A stretch of 64,000 nucleotides of DNA from Alphaproteobacteria bacterium (GTDB lineage Bacteria > Pseudomonadota > Alphaproteobacteria > UBA828), in contig CBDEFM010000002.1 of NCBI GenBank assembly GCA_965237415.1, positions 544,001 through 608,000 of the forward strand, given 5' to 3'. Numbering within the stretch: position 1 is the stretch's first letter; each line of letters begins with the position of its first letter. The notes under the pieces were generated by a model that was not told where the DNA came from, searched no databases, and was given only the letters and a program-made list of their open reading frames with translations. Below are positions 38,693-46,939 of this stretch, in pieces. The translations under genes and the position numbers were made by a program.

Positions 38693-41600
38693 TCAGGCCC
38701 CGCCGTTGCCGAGCAGGCGATCGAAGTGGCTCGCGGTGCGGGCCGTCGTCTCGCGCATCGCCTCCTTGAGGGAATCGATGCCGCTCACGTCGCAGGCGCG
38801 CTCGATCACGGCGAGCAGTGCCGGTGGCGCCGTCGCCTCGACGAAGCGCTCCTCCACCGTCAGGCTCAGGATGCCGTGCAGGTTGTTCCACAGCGTGGCC
38901 GCGTCGGCGAGCTCCCGCGCCGTCTCCGCTTCGATTAATCCGTGGCTGGCGGCAGCCTCGAAGACGGAAATCGAATCACCAGCGAGAATGTCCTCGGTCT
39001 CCGCAGCATGCAGCAGTTGCAGGTACTGCGCGATGTACTCGACGTCGATCAAACCGCCGCGCTTCTGCTCGATCGCCCAGATCTCCTCGCCGGGGTCATC
39101 GTCACGCCGATCCTCACGCAAACCGACGAGTTGGGCGGCGAGGTCGTCGCGCTCACGCTGTTGCCTGAGGATGGCGCGGCGCGCCTCCTCGAAGCGCTGG
39201 CCCAGATCGCCCTCCGCCCAGACCACTCGCGCGCGGGTGAGCGCCTGATGCTGCCAGGCCGGGACGCCTGCGCTAAAATGCTCGATGAAGGACTCGAGCG
39301 AGGTGACGATCGGCCCGGCATTGCCCGAAGGACGCGGGCGCATGTCCACGTCGTAGAGCGTGCCCTCCGCCGTCGCCGCCCGGATCGCGGCGATGAAGCG
39401 CCGGCTGAGCTGCCCGTAGTAGCGGTCAGGCCTGAGTGCCTTGCGTCCGTCGGATTCCTGAGCGTTGGGCGGGTGATCGTAGACGAGGACGAGGTCGAGC
39501 GGCGCGGTCACCGTCATCTGTCGGCTGCCGAGGCGGCCGAGCGCGACCACGGCAAAGCGGCCGCCGGGGATATGGCCGTGCGTGGCGGCGAAGGCCTCGG
39601 CGACAACCGGCAGTGCGGCGCCGAGGCAGGCATCGGCGATATCGGAGAGCGTGATCGCGGCCTCGACCGGGAAGAGAAGCCCGCGCAGCATGTGCACGCC
39701 GATGTGGAAAATCTTGTCGTTGGCCCAGCGCCTCTCGGCATCGAGGAAGTCCTGCAGGTCCCGTGCGTGAAGCGCCACGTCGGCGAGTTCGGCCTTCATT
39801 TCCACCGTGCCGAACTCTCGCTGGTAGAACACGCGTACGAGCCCTCGGCGCGCCATGGTCGCGAGCTCGGGCCCCAGTTCGTCGGCGTCCGGCACGTCCA
39901 GGTCGGAGAACTCGCGGCTGAGCACGCTGTCGAGCAGCATCGGCCGGTGTTCCAGCCAATTCGCGAGACGGGGCGCCGAACCCATGATCTCCGTAATCAG
40001 GTCGAACAGCTCGGGGTGCGCCGCGAACATGGAAAAGAGGTGGGAGCCTGCCGGTAGGCGGGCGAGAAAGCCGTCGAAGAGTGCGAGCGCCGAATCGGGG
40101 TCCGGCCAGGCGGCGAAGACGTCCAGGATCGTCGGCAGCAACTCGGCCAGTCGATCGCGGGCCTCCTCGCCGCGCACGGCGCGGTAGCGACCCTCGTGCC
40201 AGGCCCGCAGCGTCTCGAACGCTCGCTCCGGGTGCGCATAGCCCATGGCCGCGAGGGTCTCCAGCGTGGCATCGCCGTCGCCCCCGGCGCTGATATCGAG
40301 GGTGCCTTCCGTCGCAAGCGCTGGCTCGTCCTCGAAGAGGGACGTGTAGTGGCGCTCCACCGTCCGCAGATGGCCGAGCAACACGTCGGAGAATGCATCA
40401 ACCGCGTCGAAGCCGAGGAAGGTGGCGACCTGTGCCACGCCCTCGTCATCGTCCGGCATGCTGTGAGTCTGGCGGTCGTCCGCCATTTGCAACCGGTGCT
40501 CGACGGTGCGGTGGAAGGTGTAGGCCTCCATCAGCTCGTCCACCGCCTGCCGGCGCACATGGCCGGCGGCGACGAGACCGTCGAAGGCCTCCCGCGTACC
40601 GCGCACCCGGAGCGTCGGGTCGCGCCCGCCCCAGATGAGCTGCTGGGTTTGCGCGAGGAATTCGATCTCGCGGATGCCACCGCGCCCGAGCTTGATGTTG
40701 TGCCCGGCGACGGCGACCTGACCGCCGCCGCGATGGGCGTCGATCTGGCGCTTAATCGCGCGGATGTTCTGGATGGCGGCAAAGTCGAGATGGCGTCGCC
40801 AGATGAAGGGTTGCAGCCGGTCCAGGAAGCCCGCTCCGGCCTCGATGTCGCCGGCCACGGGCTTCGCCTTGATCATGGCGGCGCGTTCCCAGTTCTCGCC
40901 GGTGGTCGCGTAATAAGCCTCGGCGGCGCGGACCGAGAGGGCGGCCGCGGTCGAGCCGGGGTCGGGGCGCAGCCGCAGGTCGGTGCGGAACACGTAACCG
41001 TCTGCCGTCCGCTCGTCCATAATCGTGACCAGGTTGCGGGCGAGCCGGGCGAAGATCTGCTGCAGCCCGTCGCCGCTCGGGTCGGCGGCGATCTCCTCGT
41101 CAAAGAGGACGATGATGTCGACGTCGCTGGAATAGTTGAGCTCGCCGGCGCCGAGCTTGCCCATGCCGAGGATGATGAGGCCGGAGCCCTGTTCCGGAGC
41201 CTCCGGGTCGGGCAGGGCGAGCTTGCCCCGATCGTGCAGGGCGCGTAGCAGGTGGGCACAGACGGCGCTCAGCGTCACGCAAGCGATATCCGAGAGCGCG
41301 CCGGTCACGCGCTCCAACGGCCATACAGAAGCGATGTCGGCCATGCCGATGGCGAGGCTCGCGCGGCGCTTCGCGACGCGGAGGCGCTTCATGACCTGCT
41401 GCCGCGTTTCGTCGCCTAAGACACTGGTATCCACCGCCATCTCGCGGGCGGCGCCGTAGGCGGCCTCGGGCCCCTGCTCGATCAGCAGGCGGGCAAACCC
41501 CTGGTCGGCAGTCAGGCAATGACTGAGGTAGCGGCTGTTACCGAACAGCGCGCTCAACAGCGCGTTGGTGGATGCATCGCTCTCACACGCCTCGGCAAAG

Positions 41601-41728
41601 GCGATGAGGCCGTCGTCTTCGCTCCGGGCCGCATTCTCGCGCCAGCGCTCCCAGCAAAGCGCGAGTGCCGCCTCGCCAGCGGGTAGGGGAGGCCGTGCCG
41701 CCTCCCTCCATTCCGGCGCTAGGTTCAT
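38693..41728 (-). CDS. glnE: Glutamine synthetase adenylyltransferase/adenylyl-removing enzyme; C-terminal catalytic motif degenerate
   Basis: MGKLGAGELNYSSDVD, FRTDLRLRP, WERAAMIKA, NIKLGRGGIREIEF. The second domain reads LGRLGSRQMTVTAPLDL. Confidence 0.92.
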   Translation of the reverse strand: MNLAPEWREAARPPLPAGEAALALCWERWRENAARSEDDGLIAFAEACESDASTNALLSALFGNSRYLSHCLTADQGFARLLIEQGPEAAYGAAREMAVDTSVLGDETRQQVMKRLRVAKRRASLAIGMADIASVWPLERVTGALSDIACVTLSAVCAHLLRALHDRGKLALPDPEAPEQGSGLIILGMGKLGAGELNYSSDVDIIVLFDEEIAADPSGDGLQQIFARLARNLVTIMDERTADGYVFRTDLRLRPDPGSTAAALSVRAAEAYYATTGENWERAAMIKAKPVAGDIEAGAGFLDRLQPFIWRRHLDFAAIQNIRAIKRQIDAHRGGGQVAVAGHNIKLGRGGIREIEFLAQTQQLIWGGRDPTLRVRGTREAFDGLVAAGHVRRQAVDELMEAYTFHRTVEHRLQMADDRQTHSMPDDDEGVAQVATFLGFDAVDAFSDVLLGHLRTVERHYTSLFEDEPALATEGTLDISAGGDGDATLETLAAMGYAHPERAFETLRAWHEGRYRAVRGEEARDRLAELLPTILDVFAAWPDPDSALALFDGFLARLPAGSHLFSMFAAHPELFDLITEIMGSAPRLANWLEHRPMLLDSVLSREFSDLDVPDADELGPELATMARRGLVRVFYQREFGTVEMKAELADVALHARDLQDFLDAERRWANDKIFHIGVHMLRGLLFPVEAAITLSDIADACLGAALPVVAEAFAATHGHIPGGRFAVVALGRLGSRQMTVTAPLDLVLVYDHPPNAQESDGRKALRPDRYYGQLSRRFIAAIRAATAEGTLYDVDMRPRPSGNAGPIVTSLESFIEHFSAGVPAWQHQALTRARVVWAEGDLGQRFEEARRAILRQQRERDDLAAQLVGLREDRRDDDPGEEIWAIEQKRGGLIDVEYIAQYLQLLHAAETEDILAGDSISVFEAAASHGLIEAETARELADAATLWNNLHGILSLTVEERFVEATAPPALLAVIERACDVSGIDSLKEAMRETTARTASHFDRLLGNGGA

Positions 41729-41832
41729 GAGCGATGCCGGTCCATCATGCGCGATGGCCCTCGCGCGCACGTCGGCCGGCACAGCCAGCAAAGCGCCGGA
41801 TGATGGGGGCAGGTGATCGGGAGGAACTCGTC

Positions 41833-42663
41833 ATGCCTAAGGTCAACGCCAACGGAATCAATATCTACTACGAGCTGATGGGCAAAGGCGACCCGCTGGC
41901 GCTGATCGGCGGCTCTCTCTTCGGGCGCCAGAACTTCGCGATGGTGTGGGAGGGACTCGCCGAATCGTTCCAGCTCATCAGCTACGACCAGCGGGGCTAC
42001 GGGCAGACCGACCGCCCCTTGATGCGCTACGACCTCGATATTTGGGCGGACGACCTGGCGGCGTTGCTCGATGCTCTCGAGATCGAACGGGCCCATGTGA
42101 TGGGGACCTCCGCCGGCGGCATGATCGCGCTGAAGTTCGCGGCGAAGTATCCCGATCGCTGCATCGGCGTGGTGAGCGACTGCGCGTTCGCGAAATGCGA
42201 CACCATGCGCCGGATCATGTTCCGCACTTGGCGCCATATGGCGCTGACCTGGGGCTGCGGCCCGGAATTCGCCGATCACGTGGTGACCCAGGCCGTGGGT
42301 GCCGACTTTCTCGACGGCCCCAATGGCCAGCCGTTGATCGAGATGGTTCGCACCATCGTCGGGCTCAACGCGGTCGAGACCGTAGTCCAGGCCTGCATCG
42401 CCATGGAGGAGATGGACCTGCGTGAGGATTGCAAGAAGATCAAGAACCCGACGCTGGTGATCACCGCCGCCAAGGACATGCTGACTCCCATGCTGACAGG
42501 GCCGGACGGCGCCGGCGCCCAATGGGTCGTGGACAACGTGCCGGGCTGCGAGGCGATCGTCTACGAGGATATCGGCCACGCCGACCTCGTCGAATGCCCG
42601 GAGAAGACCATCGCGTCCGCCACCGCCTTCCTCCACCGTGCGAAAGAGAAGGTGCTGGGGTAG
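41833..42663 (+). CDS. Alpha/beta hydrolase (enol-lactonase-like)
   Basis: YDQRGYGQT, GTSAGG nucleophile elbow, D in AAKDML, H in IGHAD. Confidence 0.87.
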   Translation: MPKVNANGINIYYELMGKGDPLALIGGSLFGRQNFAMVWEGLAESFQLISYDQRGYGQTDRPLMRYDLDIWADDLAALLDALEIERAHVMGTSAGGMIALKFAAKYPDRCIGVVSDCAFAKCDTMRRIMFRTWRHMALTWGCGPEFADHVVTQAVGADFLDGPNGQPLIEMVRTIVGLNAVETVVQACIAMEEMDLREDCKKIKNPTLVITAAKDMLTPMLTGPDGAGAQWVVDNVPGCEAIVYEDIGHADLVECPEKTIASATAFLHRAKEKVLG

Positions 42664-42773
42664 GCGTGGTAGCTGGCACGGTGGTGAGACCGGTTGCGGC
42701 CTACGCCGACGCCTTTCCCGGACTTGATACGGCGCGCCACGATGTGCATGTATCGGCTGGAGAGGGGATTGTC

Positions 42774-42971
42774 ATGCAGAAGAAGCCGAACACATCGGGG
42801 CCAGGAGGCCCGAAGTCCGATTATCCCAGCAAAGCCGCTTCTGTGCTCTCGAACAAGCGAGGCACATCAACTAAGCCCGAGACGGTCTCTGTTTCGCCGA
42901 TTTCCCAGAGTGTGATCACACAGACTTCGGTGAAGCGGCGAGAGGCCATGAAGGCGTTGGCAAATCGGTAA
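42774..42971 (+). CDS. Putative Doc antitoxin (65 aa)
   Basis: GGAGAGGGG RBS. The C-terminus KRREAMKALANR resembles the helix of Phd-type antitoxins, and the gene overlaps doc. Confidence 0.65.
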   Translation: MQKKPNTSGPGGPKSDYPSKAASVLSNKRGTSTKPETVSVSPISQSVITQTSVKRREAMKALANR

Positions 42972-43350
42972 GAGGCATTACCGTGTCACGTGGGCCGATG
43001 CGGTTCGCGGCCACGAGGAAGCGCTCAAGGATGGCGGTAGACCCGGACTCCTGAACGAACACGGCGTCCTATCCGCGCTTGCCCGCCCTTACGACGGTTA
43101 CCATCGAAGAATTTATGAAAAGGCAGCCGCCCTTCTTCACGGCGTTGTTTGCAATCACGGCTTCACTGATGCGAACAAGCGTACGGCCTTGTACCTGGTC
43201 GAGTTACTGGTACAACGCAGCGGATATGAATTCGTCGAAACGGACGCGGAAGTTGTCGAGATCATTCTCACTGTTGCCAGGGGCGAAATGGGATACGCAC
43301 AACTCGCCGGGTGGTTCAGTGAGCGCATCGTTCGGATCGACCCATCATAG
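42964..43350 (+). CDS. doc: Death-on-curing (Doc/Fic) toxin without a canonical start codon (absent from the ORF track)
   Basis: Translates as (I)GKRHYRVTWADAVRGHEEAL…LSALARP…EKAAALLHGVVCNHGFTDANKRTA…LAGWF. In-frame TGA at 42949; only ATC (42964) is available as a start. Confidence 0.8.
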   Translation: MGKRHYRVTWADAVRGHEEALKDGGRPGLLNEHGVLSALARPYDGYHRRIYEKAAALLHGVVCNHGFTDANKRTALYLVELLVQRSGYEFVETDAEVVEIILTVARGEMGYAQLAGWFSERIVRIDPS

Positions 43351-43528
43351 CTTGCAGATTGCGAGCTTTGGGCAACTGCGTTGACGCAGTGCATGGGCCA
43401 CCGGATCGTTCCGAGTAGGACGCTTGGCATCGGGCCTCAAGAACCGTGGTAGCCGGCGCGGTGGCTGGCGTGCGCGGGCTGTGGTAGACAGCGGCCGATG
43501 ACATCTCCGGCCGGCTGAGGGAGCGACG

Positions 43529-44824
43529 ATGGCGACGAACGGCTCCGGTGAGGGACGGCGCGAGAGCGTCGGCGTGCAGGTCGGCACGGTCACGATCGGC
43601 GGCAGCGCGCCGGTCGTCGTCCAGTCGATGACCAATACCGATACCGAGGACACCCGCGCCACGGCGGAGCAGGTCAAGGCGCTAGCCGACGCGGGCTCGG
43701 AGATCGTGCGCATCACGGTCAATACGCCGGAAGCCGCCGCCGCGGTGCCGGCGATTCGTGAGCGGCTGGAGGCGGCCGGCTGCCACGTGCCGCTCGTCGG
43801 CGACTTTCACTACAACGGCCACCGGCTTCTCACCGAATTCCCGGCCTGCGCCGAGGCGCTCTCCAAGTACCGGATCAATCCGGGCAATGTCGGCTTCCGA
43901 GAGAAGCGTGACCGGCAGTTCCAGACCATGATCGAGGTCGCGCTCAAGTACGACCGGCCGGTGCGCATCGGCGTCAACTGGGGCAGCCTCGACCAGGACC
44001 TGCTCGCCCAACTCATGGACGAGAATGCGGCCCGGCCCGAACCCAAGGACGCCGCAGGGGTGATGCGCGAGGCGCTTGTCGAATCGGGGCTGCGCAGCGC
44101 TGCCCTCGCCGAGGACATCGGGCTCGCGCGGGACAAGATCGTGATATCGGCCAAGGTCTCGCAAGTGCAGGACCTGATCGCCGTCTACGGCGAGCTCGGA
44201 GCGCGCAGCGACTATGCGCTGCATCTCGGGCTCACCGAAGCGGGCATGGGCTCCAAGGGCATCGTGGCGTCGACCGCCGCGCTCTCGGTGCTGCTCCAGC
44301 AGGGCATCGGCGACACCATCCGCATCTCGCTTACGCCCAAGCCCGGCGGCGATCGCACCCAGGAGGTCATCGTCGCGCAAGAGATCCTTCAGACCATGGG
44401 GTTCCGCTCGTTCGTGCCTCTGGTGGCGGCGTGCCCCGGCTGCGGGCGCACGACAAGCACGGTGTTCCAGGAGCTCGCCGAGAGCATCCAGGACTACGTG
44501 AGACGGCAGATGCCGATCTGGCGCGAGACCTACGACGGGGTCGAGGCCATGCAGCTTGCCGTCATGGGCTGCATCGTCAATGGCCCCGGCGAAAGCAAAC
44601 ACGCCGATATCGGCATCAGCCTGCCGGGGACGGGCGAGATGCCCGCAGCGCCGGTCTTCATCGACGGCAAGAAGGCGGTGACGCTGCGCGGCGCAAGAAT
44701 CGCCGAGGAATTTCAGGCGATCGTCGCCGACTACGTGGCAAGCCGCTATCCGCGACGAGCCGGAGCGGGTGACACGGACGGGGCGGGGAACGCCGCCCGG
44801 CCCGCGCGACACCCCGGCGGCTAG
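43529..44824 (+). CDS. ispG: HMBPP synthase
   Basis: [51 protein letters not shown]. Confidence 0.96.
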   Translation: MATNGSGEGRRESVGVQVGTVTIGGSAPVVVQSMTNTDTEDTRATAEQVKALADAGSEIVRITVNTPEAAAAVPAIRERLEAAGCHVPLVGDFHYNGHRLLTEFPACAEALSKYRINPGNVGFREKRDRQFQTMIEVALKYDRPVRIGVNWGSLDQDLLAQLMDENAARPEPKDAAGVMREALVESGLRSAALAEDIGLARDKIVISAKVSQVQDLIAVYGELGARSDYALHLGLTEAGMGSKGIVASTAALSVLLQQGIGDTIRISLTPKPGGDRTQEVIVAQEILQTMGFRSFVPLVAACPGCGRTTSTVFQELAESIQDYVRRQMPIWRETYDGVEAMQLAVMGCIVNGPGESKHADIGISLPGTGEMPAAPVFIDGKKAVTLRGARIAEEFQAIVADYVASRYPRRAGAGDTDGAGNAARPARHPGG

Positions 44825-44861
44825 CGCGCCCGCAGCCGCTTACACCGGCTCTTTCCGAAGT

Positions 44862-45130
44862 TAGCCCGCATTTCTCACCATGCTCACGGCCTGCGTCGCG
44901 GCCAGGTGTTCGATCCGCCAGGAGCGGGCCGAAAAGCGTAATGGTGTCTACGGTTGAGGCCCGCGACGCCGCAGGCGGACATCTGGGCGCGACCCGAAGG
45001 GCGGCGCTCTCCGGCCGACAGTGTGCGTCACGGCGCTTGCCCGATGCCCCACATCGCGCTGCGCGCCGTTCCTACTCTGTCGGCCGGACAGCGCCGCGCA
45101 GACCATGATCATGGTGAGAAATGCGGGCTA
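44862..45130. mobile_element. MITE / palindromic repeat element, 269 bp
   Basis: Perfect 21-bp terminal inverted repeats TAGCCCGCATTTCTCACCATG (44862-44882) / CATGGTGAGAAATGCGGGCTA (45110-45130), extending imperfectly inward. TA at both ends, internal hairpins, no transposase. Confidence 0.8.
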
Positions 45131-46257
45131 GCGTGGACGCTGCGGCCCTCCGGCCCGCTCGGCGCGGCGGCATCGCACCTGAGAGAGTCGCGCGCAATTG
45201 CCGCGCCGTCGCTTGGTGGTTGCTAGGCCTTGCGGGTCTCGTGCTGGCGATGGTCGTGCTCGGGGGGATCACGCGTCTCAACCACGCCGGTCTTTCGATG
45301 GTGGATTGGCGTCCCTTGGTGGGCGTCCTGCCGCCATTCGGCGAGGAGGCGTGGCAGGCGCTGTTCGCCGACTACAAGCGCTTCCCCGAATATCAGGAAC
45401 TCAATCCGGGCATGATCCTCGCCGGGTTCAAGGAAATTTTCTGGCTGGAATACGCGCATCGTCTGCTCGGGCGCGTCGTCGGTATTGCCTTCGCGCTGCC
45501 CTTCATCTGGTTCCTGATCCGGCGCGCGTTCGACCGACCCCTTGCTCTGAAAGTGCTCGCCATCGGTATCCTCGGCGGGCTTCAAGGGCTGCTTGGCTGG
45601 TACATGGTGAAGAGCGGGCTGGTGGACCGCCCCGATGTGAGCCCGTATAGGCTCGCCGCCCATCTCGGCCTCGCGGTGGCGATCTATGGCTGCCTGATAT
45701 GGGTCGCGCTCGGCCTCTTGACGGGAGGTTCGATCGAACGCGTTCGTCGGGAAGGTCGATGGCGCGGCGCGATTTGGGGGGTGACCGGACTGGTGTTCCT
45801 CACGATCCTTTCCGGCTCGTTCGTCGCCGGCAACGACGCGGGCCTCGCCTACAACACCTTCCCGCTCATGGCCGATGCCATCGTGCCGCCTGATATCTTC
45901 CTGATCGAGCCCCTGTGGCGGAACTTCTTCGAGAACGTGCCGCTGGTGCAGCTCGACCACCGGCTGCTGGCGATGCTGACCGCACTGGTCGTGATCCTGA
46001 TCTGGGCCGCTGCGCTACGCTGGTTAGGGCCGATGCCGGCGCGGGTTGCGCTTCACGCGGCGGCAGCGGCGGTGCTCGTTCAGTTCGCTCTCGGCATCGC
46101 CACCTTACTCACCTTCGTGCCAGTGCCGCTGGGCGCTGCCCATCTGGCCGGCGCGATGGCGGTGTTCACGGCGATCCTGGCCGCGCTTCGCCTGCTGTAT
46201 CCGCCCCCGGGTCCGCTTGCTTCGCCTGCTCCTGCGCCGCCTTGCGGCCCTTCATGA
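45121..46257 (+). CDS. ctaA: Heme A synthase (COX15 type)
   Basis: LGGITRL..AGLSMVDW, WLEYAHRLLGR, QGLLGWYMVKSGL, YRLAAHL, YNTFPLM. Start is the ATG at 45121 (inside the MITE) or the GTG at 45133. Confidence 0.92.
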   Translation: MRASVDAAALRPARRGGIAPERVARNCRAVAWWLLGLAGLVLAMVVLGGITRLNHAGLSMVDWRPLVGVLPPFGEEAWQALFADYKRFPEYQELNPGMILAGFKEIFWLEYAHRLLGRVVGIAFALPFIWFLIRRAFDRPLALKVLAIGILGGLQGLLGWYMVKSGLVDRPDVSPYRLAAHLGLAVAIYGCLIWVALGLLTGGSIERVRREGRWRGAIWGVTGLVFLTILSGSFVAGNDAGLAYNTFPLMADAIVPPDIFLIEPLWRNFFENVPLVQLDHRLLAMLTALVVILIWAAALRWLGPMPARVALHAAAAAVLVQFALGIATLLTFVPVPLGAAHLAGAMAVFTAILAALRLLYPPPGPLASPAPAPPCGPS

Positions 46258-46939
46258 AGCGCTTGATGAGGCGGGGCATGAAACCGATCAGGCCGAGGAC
46301 CGCGAGGCCGAGCAGAGCGTTCTGAGCCAGGTCGCCGTCCCCGGTCGCGAGCGAACGCCCGGCATGGCCGAGATAGGCGTAGGCCGCGGCGCCCGGCGCC
46401 ATGAAGATGACCGATGCGGCAACGTAGGACACCAGGCGGATGCGCGTGAGCCCCAGCGCGTAGTTCAGCGCGTTGAAGGGGATGAAGGGAATCAGCCGGG
46501 TCATGGCGACGAAGCGCCACCCCTCGTCCTCGACTCCCTCGATCACCCGCTGCACCCGCGCCGGCGTACGCGCGGAGATCCAGCCGGCCAGCACGTAGCG
46601 CGCTATGAGGAAGGCGATGGTCGCGCCCACTGTCGCTCCGATCAGCGCGATGAGCGTGCCGATATAGGGACCGAAGAGTGCACCGGCCGCGAGCGTGAAC
46701 AGCAGGCCCGGCAGGAAGAGCACCGTGGCGAGCACGTAGGCGCAGAAGAAGACGATCGGCGCCCACGGGCCGAACTGGGTGATCCAGGCCTCGAGCGCCG
46801 TCGAATCGATGCTCTCCCGATAGAGCACGGCGACGACGATGCCGGCCAGGACCACGGCCAGCAGCAGGAAGCGCGGCAGCGCCTTGCGCACGCGCTGAAG
46901 GCGAGGGGTGTCAGGGGTCGTACTCACGGTCGACGTCAT
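46166..46939 (-). CDS. TVP38/TMEM64 (DedA/SNARE-associated) membrane protein
   Basis: LPGLLFTLAAGALFG, RLIPFIPFNALNYALGLT. Confidence 0.88.
   Translation of the reverse strand: MTSTVSTTPDTPRLQRVRKALPRFLLLAVVLAGIVVAVLYRESIDSTALEAWITQFGPWAPIVFFCAYVLATVLFLPGLLFTLAAGALFGPYIGTLIALIGATVGATIAFLIARYVLAGWISARTPARVQRVIEGVEDEGWRFVAMTRLIPFIPFNALNYALGLTRIRLVSYVAASVIFMAPGAAAYAYLGHAGRSLATGDGDLAQNALLGLAVLGLIGFMPRLIKRFMKGRKAAQEQAKQADPGADTAGEARPGSP

Larger units (their letters stand above)
42665..43464. mobile_element. ~0.8-kb toxin-antitoxin cassette bounded by 20-bp imperfect direct repeats
   Basis: CGTGGTAGCTGGCACGGTGG (42665-42684) vs CGTGGTAGCCGGCGCGGTGG (43445-43464), 18/20 identical. The interior is visibly more AT-rich. 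Confidence 0.6.

Noticed and set aside
43079-43430. ORF-track calls 43079-43384 (+) and 43155-43430 (-)
   Set aside because: They are alternative frames over the true Doc frame, which carries the Fic/Doc motif.
44954-45226. 90-aa ORF inside the MITE as a possible transposase
   Set aside because: Too short, no DDE or HUH motif, and it crosses the element boundary.
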